A stretch of 64,000 nt of DNA, taken from the NCBI GenBank assembly GCA_025594325.1, contig JANHCV010000002.1, positions 1,116,001 to 1,180,000 of the forward strand, given 5' to 3'. This document shows, piece after piece, positions 11,501 through 21,644 of this stretch (positions are counted from its first letter, which is position 1; each line of letters opens with the position of its first letter). The notes under the pieces were generated by a model. That model saw only the letters and a list, made by a program, of their open reading frames with translations, made no database searches and was not told the origin of the DNA. Made by a program: the position numbers and the translations under genes. Origin of the DNA: Blastocladiella emersonii ATCC 22665. Its lineage: Eukaryota > Fungi > Blastocladiomycota.

Positions 11501-12685
11501 TCGCTCATGGTCGGCAACTACGCGGCGCACCCGGTCCTCGTGCACCCGCCGGAGGATACCTCGTACCTGACGCACGGGCGCACCGACCTGTTCACGCAGT
11601 CGGTCGTCACCATGTTCGGCCCGCCCAATGTCTACGGCATGGCGCGGTTCAACCTGTCGCGCGCGCACACGCAGCCCAAGGTCGTCATGTCGCTCGCGTT
11701 CCCGGTGCGGTCGCACGCCGTCGTCCTCGTCAACGCGACCGACCGCACCGACATTGGGCTCGTCGGCGCCAGCCACCACAGCCAGCCGTACGTGTACATG
11801 ACGGGCGCGTGGGACGGGAAGGTGTACGCGACGTGGGACGACGGGCAGCGCGCGCTCGACGAAATCCAGCCCGACGACCCGAATCCTTGGGACCCGGACG
11901 CGCCCGCCGCGCCGCCGACCCGGTCCGCTCCCCCGACGACGCCCGCCGAGGCCGTCCAGCGCGTCCCCGTCCCCGACGGCGGACCGTACTTCTTCGAGGT
12001 CCGCGCCACGCTACCGTCGCCGCTCGACAAGGCCAACCGCGCGGCGGTCCCCGGCGTCGTCGAGGGCGCCGTCGTCCCGCTCGAGAAACGTCTCGTCGAG
12101 ATGTGGACGTCCCCGCCGTTCTACATCAAGCGCAACGCGCCGTCCGTGATCATCGCGCCGCCCGGGATCGACGGCGAGGGCGACTGGCCCGCGGACAACA
12201 ACCCATCGCCCGACTTTGACGTCGAGCCTAACCCAGACGAGGCCGACGACGGCGGTGACGGGAACGGCGGCAAGGGCAAGCAGAAGGTCAAGCCGGACAA
12301 GCCGGTCGACCCGTCGGCGCCCGCTGACGGTGGCCGCAGCGGAGTCGCTGGTGGCAGCGGGCACGAGTCGGGCTCTACGGGCGGCAGCGGCGGTTCCAAC
12401 GGCGGCAACAGCGGCACCTTCTCGTACTACTACCCGGGCGTCAACGGGTACAACCCCGACTACGAGATGGACGACCAGTGGCCGTTCAACTACGCCGGCA
12501 AGGTCCCGGCCCGCATCCACCCGGCGCACGGCGGCGTCGACCAGTTTGGCCGCCCGCTGCCCAAGACGGCCGCGGTCGCGCACCACCAGCAGCAGCACCA
12601 CCGTGGGCCGCGCAAGTGCCACCCGCACAAGCCCAAGGCCAAGCCCGCGGCGGCGGCGGCCACGGCGGTCGCCGAGCGCGCGTAG
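8566..12685 (+). CDS. Secreted subtilisin-like (S8) protein with I9-like prodomain, PA insert and Fn3-like C-terminal region; 2 introns (8844-8919, 9627-9704)
   Basis: Signal peptide MALSIRLLSVVLAVLALALASAVAG. Splicing gives AHL|KSANISARVLATFRDLLNGAAV and VTI|ASYRAVNC. Motifs GVRIGIIDGTVDWRHPAF, GHATHVAGI, SISLG, PDLAAIG, SGPSQAAAYLAG, MRQGAGLVDV. Confidence 0.85.
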
Positions 12686-12740
12686 ATCCTCGTTCGAAAA
12701 GAAAGTAGACTCTCGCTCTTGGCGGGATGTACCAGAAGAT

Positions 12741-13982
12741 CTATATACGAATACACGCCAGTGCCTCGCTCGACTTACCCGCCGTGATCTTGCTGTTCCC
12801 GCGCGTCATGGTCGCCTCGTTGTCGAGCATCGATGCCGATACGTTTGGCGTGATCCGTCCGACGGTCGCCGACGCCGCCGTGGCCAGCCCGGCCGCGCCC
12901 TTGCGCGGCAGCGTCGACGGCCCACCACTGCTACCACCGCTCGTCCGCGACCCCGTCCCACTCCCAGCGCCGCCGCCGCCACCACCGCCGCTGCTCTCGC
13001 GCTTGCTGTCGAACTTGCGGCTGCGCACGGCCATGGTCGCGGCGTACATGGCGGAGAGGTTCTGGCACGTGAACTCGACATAGAACCCGTCCTCGAACCC
13101 GCCCGCGTACGAGACGGCCGACGTGATCAGGTACCCGAGCACCGCCAGCACGATGCGGAACCCGACGCCGCGCAGCACCGCGAACAGCTGCGGGTGCTGC
13201 GCGGCCACGGCGCGCGGGACGAGGATCGGTGGGATCCGCAGCGCCAGGGACAGCGACGTCGCGCGGCGCGACGGGATCGCCGTCGCCGTGGGCTTTCCGC
13301 TCAGCGACAGCGTCACGGTCGCGCTCATCGTCGTCTCGGTGCCGGCCCTGTCGCCGTTGTTCGCGGTCGCGGCGCCCGTCAGCGCGCCCGCGGTCCCCTG
13401 CCGCAGAGGGTTTGCCGTCGCCGACATGTGCCGGACGAGCGGCGCCGTGAAGGTGACCCCGAGGATCGCGTACAGGACGAGGTAGATGACCTTGCCCGCG
13501 CTGTTGGTGGTGCGGTCGTAGATGGCGACGCACACGTCGCGGACCGGGTCGATGGCGATAGTCCGCACGATGATCGAGTACTCGACGAGCACGTAGCCCG
13601 ACAGGAACAGCGCGAACAGGGCGAGCCGCACGCCGCGGCGCGACTGCCACCACGATCCGTTCCGCGCCGAGACGAGCGAGGTCGCGCGGAACGCGAGCAC
13701 GCCCGTCGCGCCGAGCTGGAACAGCGAGTACGCGAGGTCCGCCACGGGCACCCACACGTAGCACGACCCGGCCATGATATGCGACGCGGGTACGACCATC
13801 TGCACCAGAAACAACGCCTGGTTGATGAAGTTGCAGACCGCGGCGACGAGCGGGATCACGAACAGCACCGTGCGCGTTTGTCGCGCGCACAGCTCTTTGG
13901 CGTTGGCGTAGATGAGCCATGCGGACGGGACGAGCGACGCGATCAGGATCCCGACCACGGCGTCGCGGGTCCAAACGGCCAT
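12741..13982 (-). CDS. Orphan 7-transmembrane (GPCR-like) protein, paralogue A
   Basis: Likely start MAVWTRD at 13982 (the track's upstream extension looks non-coding). Seven hydrophobic segments. Clear paralogy to 25084-26469 (NxxNQ, GSC, WWxSRRGVR, NxAGK, EFTxQNL). Confidence 0.75.
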   Translation of the reverse strand: MAVWTRDAVVGILIASLVPSAWLIYANAKELCARQTRTVLFVIPLVAAVCNFINQALFLVQMVVPASHIMAGSCYVWVPVADLAYSLFQLGATGVLAFRATSLVSARNGSWWQSRRGVRLALFALFLSGYVLVEYSIIVRTIAIDPVRDVCVAIYDRTTNSAGKVIYLVLYAILGVTFTAPLVRHMSATANPLRQGTAGALTGAATANNGDRAGTETTMSATVTLSLSGKPTATAIPSRRATSLSLALRIPPILVPRAVAAQHPQLFAVLRGVGFRIVLAVLGYLITSAVSYAGGFEDGFYVEFTCQNLSAMYAATMAVRSRKFDSKRESSGGGGGGGAGSGTGSRTSGGSSGGPSTLPRKGAAGLATAASATVGRITPNVSASMLDNEATMTRGNSKITAGKSSEALACIRI

Positions 13983-14369
13983 GGTGACGATGATCAAGTC
14001 GGCGTAGTCCGACGATGCATGTGCGGTGCAGTTCTCGTGAACGTAACGTAGGAGCGTGATCGCGCCGCCATGGCCCGTGGCCGCGACCATGGCCAGCGAG
14101 GGACCGTGGCCGCGGCCCTGGTGCCCTGCTTGCCTCCCAGCCTGCTGGCTGTCAAACGCGAACAAATGCAACGGATCCAGATATTGCACGATGGCCTTGA
14201 CCATGATCACGTCTCCGAATGCCCTGCGCCCCTTGTCCATGGCGTGCATCCCACTGGTCGAGCGGGAGACGCGTATGCTTAACGCGTTGACCACGAGCGT
14301 CTCCCTCCCCTTGTTGCCTACCCTCAAAGGCGAGCCGAGTCGAGAGGCAAGTGCATCTGACATCTATTT

Positions 14370-17300
14370 TCACTTGCCCGCGGCCGCCGCTGCCGTCGCG
14401 GCGGTCTTGGCCTTCTTCCCGCCCTTCTTGGCCGCCGCCGCTCCCGCCGAAGTCGACGATCCGGCAGTCGTGGTCGCGGACGCAGCGGAAGCCTGGACGG
14501 ACTTGGCGGCGCGCGCGTCGCGCTCGGCGAGCCGCACGCGGAGCTCCTTGCTGGTACACCGCACGTCGTCCTCCATGATGTGCACGCCGTCCGTGAACTT
14601 GTTGGCGCGGACGTGCGCGTCCCACCACCGCTGCATGAGGCCGATGACAGGAGCGTGCGCTGCAGGAACGTCGCTCTCGCCATCGTCGCCGGGTGGCGGT
14701 GTGCTGGCGGCGACGACGACGCGGCGCGGCTCGCGGACGATGGTGCGGGACTCGTTCGGGGCCGAGGCGGCAGTTGGACGATCTGGACTGGTCGCGGGCG
14801 AGGGTTCGAGCGACGCCGAGAAGTTGAGGAACGAGGAAAAGGGCTTCGGGACGGGCGACCGCGGAGCCGGAGGTGGAAGCCCTTGTTGCGCTCGTTTCGC
14901 AGGTGACACGGGCCGAACGTCGAGCGGAAGCGTCGCTGGACCGGCTGGCGGCGGCCTGGATGCGCCCTCGTCGCCAGGTGGCGCGAACCCGTTAACCTGC
15001 CCGTCGGGCCGCGACTCGGACGGCGGCGGCGCATGCGCGTCGGGGAGCTTCTCCATGTCCATAACGGTCCACATGAGCGGGCGGAACTTGCCGGGCGGCG
15101 GCGGGAACTCGGGCGCGGCATCGGACGCGTTGGCGCCGAGCGCGTCGGCTGCCGCGTCGGCGCGGCGGTAGTAGCCCGTCTTGGCGTCCTTGTACCACAG
15201 CCGCGAGGGAACCGCGTGGACGGCCGGAACGCCGACGGCGCCGAACCCGAAAAAGTCCTCGCCGAGGAGACCCGAGAGGAAACTCCCACTACACGCGACG
15301 TTGCGGGTCAGTTCCCGAAATTTGGGCAAGGCGGTAGTGCAGCGCACGTACCTCGCAAAGGCGTCGTCCTCGTCTTCCATGGGCAGGTCGTCGAGGCCCA
15401 TCCGACTCGAACCACCCTACAGTGCACGCAGGAGCAAAATCAGAGTCGTTCGATCCACCAGCTCGTCGTGCACCGTACCGTGATCATGTCGCGCAGCTTG
15501 TTCTCGACGCGGCGATCGAGGTCGACGAGGCGGTGCGACCCGCGGCAAATATCGAGCGCAGCGTGGTCGTAGATACTGAGCGCGTCGAACCCGTTGACCT
15601 TGAGCGCGAGCGAGAGGCGGTGCTCGGGCGTGAACTCCTCGGCGGGCGGGAGCGGCTGGCGGTTGCCGAGCGTCGCGACGGCCGAGCTCGTCGCGGGCGC
15701 AACCTCGGACAGGGGTTCGGTGGTCGCGGACGGCCGGTGGTCGCCTATGATGCGCAGCGACGCGCCGAGCTTGTCGAGACACTGCACCCACAGATCGCCG
15801 AGGACCTGGATCACGTTGGCCGAGCACCCGTCGAACCCAGAGTGGCCGAGGAGGAGCGCGAGCGCGCGCCGGAGGTAGACGTGCGCGGCCTCCTGGTGCA
15901 GGATCTCGGTCGGTGGTGGTGGGTCTGCGCCTGCCGGTGGTGCTGGTGCAGGCTCCTCGCCGTCGGCGACCTGCGCCGCGAAGATACCGGTCCCGCCGGG
16001 CACGATGGAATCGAGGTCCGCGGCGAGCGTCGGAATCAAGAGCGGGTCTATGTCCGACTCAAGGGCGGCGGTGCCGGCATCGAGACTGCCGCTCCGCACC
16101 GTGCGGCCCGGTGACGTGCTTCGGCGCGTGGGACTCGGACTGCGCATCCGCGTCGCTGCCGCTCCACTCGCGCCCTGCTGCGCTTCGTCCGCCCCACCAC
16201 TACTCCCGCCGCCGGCCGCTGGTGGTGGTGGTAGTCCCGCGAGCGCAATGGCGGGCGCGACGCGGAGAACGCCGTGGTCGCGCATCTCGGTGATGTAGGC
16301 GGACCGGTTGCGCAGGCCGCGCCACGCGCGCATCGACGCGATGGCCGAGAGGTGCGAGCGCGGGCCCTGGACGAGTTCGGCGTCCGCATCGACAGCTTCC
16401 TCGACCTCCACGTCGAGGTCGCCGTTGGGCGTGACGGGCTCGGAGCGCTGGATCGGCGACTGCGATCGCCGTCGTTTAGGCGCGGGCGGCGGTAATGCGG
16501 GGTCGCCGACGGATGGGTTGGACAGGGACGCGGAGCGCGCGCGTTTACCCCTGCTGCTACCGCTGCTGCGCGACTCGCCGTCAGGAGCGGACGACAGGTC
16601 GGCGAGCGAGGTGGGCGGGGCGGTGGACGCAGCGGTGGCGATGGGTGATGGCGGTAGTGGGAGCGGGATGATGGGGACCGGCGCACGCGGATCGATGCGT
16701 AGCGCGGGTTGCATCATGAACATGCCCTACACGCAGAGCGAGACACGGGGTAAGCGTTGGCGGATCCAGCGGTGTCCGAGATGCGAAATCGCACCGAGGG
16801 CGGGACGATCGACACGGGTGCGAGCTTGCCGTCGACCCGCGACGAGGATGACGAGGACGACGCCGCGTCGCCATCGACGCCGTTGGCGCGGCGGTGACCC
16901 GGGATCGCCTTGATCCGCGGTAGCTTCTCGGTCGCCGCGCTCCCACTTGCCGCGGGCGCGTTTGCGGGGGCAGCGCCGGGCGGTGGCGGCTCCGAGGCCT
17001 TGTAGACGATGAGGTCCGGGATGCGGGGCGCGATGAGGTCGATCTTGGCCTTGAGGAACTCGCCGTACTTGCGGTAGATGGAGTCGGGGTGCGAGTTGAA
17101 GGTCATGCAGTTGGTGTAGATGAGCTCGAGGTCGGCGACGAACTCGTGCTTGGACCGGTACTGGTACGTGTTGAGCTTATGGCGCATGGAGCCGAAGTCC
17201 ATGGGCCGCTTGATCACGTCGTGATAGTCGGGGACCTCGCGCTGCGACACCTTGCGCTGGAAGGGCTTGAGCTCGTCGTAGGTCTTGAGCTCGGCGAGCA

Positions 17301-17802
17301 CGCGGTCGAACGCCTCGTACAGCGGCTCCTGGTTGACCATGTCCGGGTTGGCCCACTTGGACGGCGCACGTTTCGGCTCGGGCGTCTTGAGCAGCGCGAG
17401 CAGCGACCGGTCGGTCCGCAGCTTCTGTGCGCCGTAGTGCGCCTCGAGCGCGGCGAGGAGGTAGCCGCAGTTGGGCCCGTTCGGGATCGAGATCTAGACG
17501 GATCTCGCACGAGGTATTAAATCGGCTTCCCAACGCACCCGTGGTGGCGAAATGAATGTGGTACTCACGGGCATCAGCTCGCGGCGCGGCGGGTCGGGAG
17601 CCGCCGCAGCGACAGGCTCGCGGTCCTGCTCGACCTTGACCTTCTTTGGGAGCGCATCGTCTTTCTGCGTGGCAGCGTCGCCCTTTTGCTGCTTGCCCGT
17701 GCCCGGTTTCGAGGCAGGCGGGGCCGGTGCCGGCGGCGGGTCCGCATCGAGCGTGGCAAACACGTCGAGCTTAGGGTCGAGCAGGGCGTGCGCCAGGTCC
17801 AT
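14370..17802 (-). CDS. SPT7: SAGA scaffold subunit Spt7 (bromodomain plus histone-fold); 4 exons, introns 17494-17568, 16727-16794, 15417-15478
   Basis: Spliced SKWANPDMVNQEPLYEAFDRVL, bromodomain PFQRKVSQREVPDYHDVIKRPMDF...FVADLELIYTNCMTFNS, histone fold LRRALALLLGHSGFDGCS, and GEDFFGFGAVG. All three introns are GT-AG and phase 0. Confidence 0.85.
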
Positions 17803-18377
17803 GGTAGTATTCTAGCTCGATTGCATCAAGTTGCGTGGGACTCGTCCGCGGGCGCGAGCGGATGCGGACATGTGCGTGGAGAGGGAGAGTGCGAGGAGCA
17901 CGCGTGCTGCACCGGAACACGGCCCACTTCACGGTCACGCGTCTCCGCTTCCTTCTCCTCTCTCCCTTTGACCTCGCGCCGATGGATCAGCAGCAATGTA
18001 CATTATACGAAACTCCATGCAAATCGTTCAAAATGCTATTAATGGACTTTTACGTTTGTGGCCGCCGCAAGAACTCGTCAGGACAACCTTGTTGCATGTG
18101 CGGACCGAAGCGGGCGCCTGGGCAAGGGAGTATGAATCCAAGGTCGGACGTGAGTGGTCAAATATGAGTTGTGTGCTCTACGCGAATAGGTGGCGTAGCC
18201 GCAGCTTCCTGGGGCCTCGATCGTGGCCGCTGCCCAACTGCGATGTTCACCGATGGATACTAGTGAGGACTAACAGGCCGAGATCCGTGTCGTCGATGTT
18301 CTCGCTGATTCGGAGTCGCATTTAAGGGGAATATTGACGGAACACTATTCAAAATGACAAGAGGCACTCGATGGCAT

Positions 18378-19331
18378 TCAATTGCCACCGCACTGACAGG
18401 CGACCCGCCAGCGAATGAGGTCGACCGCGCTGTACGCGTGAACAAGCGCGGCCGCGAGTATGCACAGATGCCACGCCTGGTGCGAATGCAAAAGGACGTC
18501 GAACTTGCCGGGGAACCAGCGCTCGGGGAGCTTGAACGCGTAGATCGTGGCGCCGCAGAGGTTGAGCCCGGCCACGACGAGCCAGCCGTACGCCGCCCAC
18601 CACGGGATGCCGTCCGGAAGTCCGTTGGCCGCGACAAAGTGCACGATCGGCAGCACGCTGAAGATCCCCGAGCCGACGTAGATCAGCGTGCGCCACGGCC
18701 GGAACCGTGTCGTTGGCCACGCGGGGAACAGCGGACCGACCACGCCGATGAGCGACAATCCGACGGTGAGCGAGAGGTACATGGAACGCAGGCTCGCGTC
18801 GCAATAGTATGCGCAATACGTGATCACCGAGGACGCGCCGCCGATGAGGATCGAGATGCCCGCGTAGTCGAGGCACCCGAATCGGATGTACGTAGCGTAA
18901 TCCCGGCACAAGTGCGTGTGGTACAGCGTGCTGAACAGAAAACACTTGCACGCCGACAACAGAAACGCGACCAGGACGATGTGACCCCAAACGACTGCGT
19001 TGGCCGGGAGGACCAACCGCGTGCACGCGATCATAGGCGCGAACAGGAGCAGGCCGACGAGATGCGTCCAAATGTTGCCCGTCTCGTTGTGAATGTAGAC
19101 GATGGACCGCCACGCCTGCGCGTGCGTGTAGCCGGACCGGTAGCCGGTCAAAATGTATTTGTTGTCTTGGAGGTAGCCGGGAACCTGCGAGAACTCGTAC
19201 ACGGGCAACTTGGCCGTCCACCATGCCGAGATCCACGTCGGCGACGCAGTTGGCACGTCCGCACCAAGAGCCGGCTTGGCCGAGATGCTGTTGCTGCTCC
19301 CGCGTTCTAATGTACTTGAGTCTAACATCAT
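18378..19331 (-). CDS. PAQR family (AdipoR/Izh, hemolysin-III-like) membrane protein
   Basis: YLQDNKYILTGYR, HNETGNIWTHL, STLYHT, LDYAGISILI, PERWFPGKFD, SHQAWH. The translation reads from the minus strand (CAT at 19329-19331, TCA at 18378-18380), although the ORF track labels it +. Confidence 0.92.
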   Translation of the reverse strand: MMLDSSTLERGSSNSISAKPALGADVPTASPTWISAWWTAKLPVYEFSQVPGYLQDNKYILTGYRSGYTHAQAWRSIVYIHNETGNIWTHLVGLLLFAPMIACTRLVLPANAVVWGHIVLVAFLLSACKCFLFSTLYHTHLCRDYATYIRFGCLDYAGISILIGGASSVITYCAYYCDASLRSMYLSLTVGLSLIGVVGPLFPAWPTTRFRPWRTLIYVGSGIFSVLPIVHFVAANGLPDGIPWWAAYGWLVVAGLNLCGATIYAFKLPERWFPGKFDVLLHSHQAWHLCILAAALVHAYSAVDLIRWRVACQCGGN

Positions 19332-20048
19332 AACCGGGTTGGATTCTCGTTGTTATCGTTCGGACGGAGGGCGAGTATCGCGAGCGGATTGGACGCGACG
19401 GTCGAGGCATCGTCCGTGCTGATGTCCGAAGTTGGCGGCGATGATTGCGAGAACGCAGTATCCCCCTGCGTGACCATGAGCTCCCAAACAGCGACGGTCT
19501 GAGCTGCGAACCGCAGACCGCGCGGTTAAAAACGGCTCGCCCCTGTTCTTGCGCACGCTCTCTCAGGTGCACACCGCCCATCCACGCCATCACGCATGCA
19601 GTCAAAAGGTCCCTGGTCTGGAGCGTGAGATTCTCCGCAACGCACGGCCGTCCGGTGGTTCTGTCAGATCCTGCACAAGTCCACTTGAAAGGAGTTTCCG
19701 GAGAATTACGAGGCAACTGGGTGGACAAGTCCTGATTTGGAGTGTCTCGCACGCAAGTGGGCCGCGACGAAGGGAAGTGGCGAGAACTTGTTGGAGCGCA
19801 AACGAGAGCGATCCTCTTGACATCGAATTGTGGGATTTAGGGCTGCAGTCGCACCGTGGCAACAACACGCGTTGATCATCTCGTGTGGTCACCACGTGTT
19901 AGACGCGACGCGCTTGCGTGGCGTCCGCGGACGCGTTTTCGCTGGACCCCCGTGCAGATCCGCGGACACATGTAGGAGGGCTTCATCTATGGCACGTCTG
20001 CGCTTCATCGGGTGCGAGACATGACGCCATGGTGATCAAGCGGATACC

Positions 20049-20285
20049 GCGTTCGCGCAGGAGGACGGCGTCGGTGGCGAGGATGCGCTCGAGGACGGGC
20101 TCGCCGAGTTCTCGGCGGCGGATCTCGCAGAGTTCGAGTCGTTGGCCGAGGACGGCGCCGCCGAGGAGGCCTTCTCCCTCGACGACGCGTTCGAGGACGG
20201 GCTCGTCGACTTGTCGCTGGCCGGCGACGCGTTCGAGGGGCTCAAGGACTCGCTGGACGAGGGCCTCGACTTCATCCGTTTCTGA
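20049..20285 (+). pseudogene. Detached paralogous copy of the acidic C-terminal tail of the 5077-6801 secreted protein
   Basis: Reads AFAQEDGVGGEDALEDGLAEFSAADLAEFESLAEDGAAEEAFSLDDAFEDGLVDLSLAGDAFEGLKDSLDEGLDFIRF-stop, sharing the parent's terminal DSLDEGLDFIRF. In-frame TGA at 20022-20024 and no in-frame ATG between it and the tail. Confidence 0.75.
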
Positions 20286-20410
20286 CCTCGCTCGCGCGGG
20301 CGCGAGTGGCTGACTGTCTCCGATGCCGGGCAAGGTTGAGCAATTGAATTGGGTAGTTGATATGCAAATATATGGCTATTCGATACACAGCGAGAGAATC
20401 GTTCCGCCAG

Positions 20411-21427
20411 CTAGGCGAGGAGCTCGTCGACCACATCCATCTCGTCCTCCTCGCGGTCATGTGCGGCGCAGCACGCCATCACGACATGCGCCTTGCACCG
20501 CGCGCACAGCACGACGCGGTACCCGCGCCCGAGCCGGCCCGCGTCCGCCGCAACCTCCTCCTCCCCCTCGTCGTCGTCCATGATCGAGTCGTCCGTCTCG
20601 ACATCCGTCCACAGGTCCGCCGCCGACCACACGTCCTCCTCCATGGCCGGCAGGTGCGCGAGCGCCGCGGCCGAGTACGCGGCGGGCGGCGCGTCGGCGG
20701 CCGCCGCCATGGTCGCCGAGATCACGGTGCCGAGCCACGCGTGGACGCGCGCCGTGATGACCGAGCGCGGCGGGCGGGCGGCCGAGGCGCACAGGACGGG
20801 CGGTGGTGGTGGCGTGGCCGCGCGGGCGGCGCGGTTCGTCGCGGATGGGACCGTGGACGCGTCGTCGAGGTTGAGGACGAGCTTGGGCGGCGAGTCGGCG
20901 GCCTCCTGCTCCTCGTCGTCGTCAGCGAACACGAGTGCAGGCGACGAGTCGGCCGCCAGCACGCGATGCGGTGGACAGGACGTGCGCGGCGGCGGACACG
21001 ACGCGTATTTCGCGGCATCTGCCGGCTGCGTCTGCGACGGCGGCGTAGTTGGCGGCGTCGTGAGCAGGCCCGCGCCGCCCGTCGATCCCGCCGCGGCCGC
21101 CGCGAGCGCCACGACGGCGATCGCAGGCGTCACGGGCGGCACGAACCGGAACTCTTCTGCAGGTTTGATGACCACGGGCGCAGCCGGTGCAGGTGGTTTC
21201 GGTGCGAGGCCGGGCGGCAGCGGGTCGGGCGACGCGCGGCGGCGGAGCCAGGTGCGGTCGAGCAGGTCGGGCGACGACGGGAGCGGGCGCGGCGTGAAGG
21301 GCAGGCCGGCGGCGACCACCTCGATGATGGAGCGCAGGCGGTACGCGGGCGGCGGGCCCTTGGTCGCCTTGCGCCGGGCGCGGTAGCGGCGCGCGCGCGG
21401 GATGAGGACGGCCGCGTTGGGTTTCAT
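20411..21427 (-). CDS. Hypothetical Pro/Ala-rich protein with basic N-terminus and small Cys cluster at the C-terminus
   Basis: ORF from MKPNAAVLIPRARRYRARRK to CARCKAHVVMACCAAHDREEDEMDVVDELLA. Fills the gap between genes with typical codon bias. No family recognised. Confidence 0.55.
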   Translation of the reverse strand: MKPNAAVLIPRARRYRARRKATKGPPPAYRLRSIIEVVAAGLPFTPRPLPSSPDLLDRTWLRRRASPDPLPPGLAPKPPAPAAPVVIKPAEEFRFVPPVTPAIAVVALAAAAAGSTGGAGLLTTPPTTPPSQTQPADAAKYASCPPPRTSCPPHRVLAADSSPALVFADDDEEQEAADSPPKLVLNLDDASTVPSATNRAARAATPPPPPVLCASAARPPRSVITARVHAWLGTVISATMAAAADAPPAAYSAAALAHLPAMEEDVWSAADLWTDVETDDSIMDDDEGEEEVAADAGRLGRGYRVVLCARCKAHVVMACCAAHDREEDEMDVVDELLA

Positions 21428-21644
21428 GATGTGGCGTGCGGGTGGTGAGAGTCGATGCGTTGGGTTGCGTGTGGGTGTGCTGCAAGAGCTTCGTTGCGAT
21501 GGGAAGAGCAGCGAGCCGCGGGAGGGAACGCGGATGAGCGACGCGCCGAGTGACGCGCTCGACATCACCGCTCCGATCACACTCTTTTCCCACGCGCGAC
21601 GTTATCAATCAAACCTTCTCGTATATTCGCGCGCGCGCACGCGT

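Noticed and set aside
18378-19331. ORF track lists the 317-aa MMLDSSTLERG ORF on the + strand
   Set aside because: The peptide is encoded on the minus strand (CAT at 19329-19331, TCA at 18378-18380). Treated as a track labelling error, not biology.
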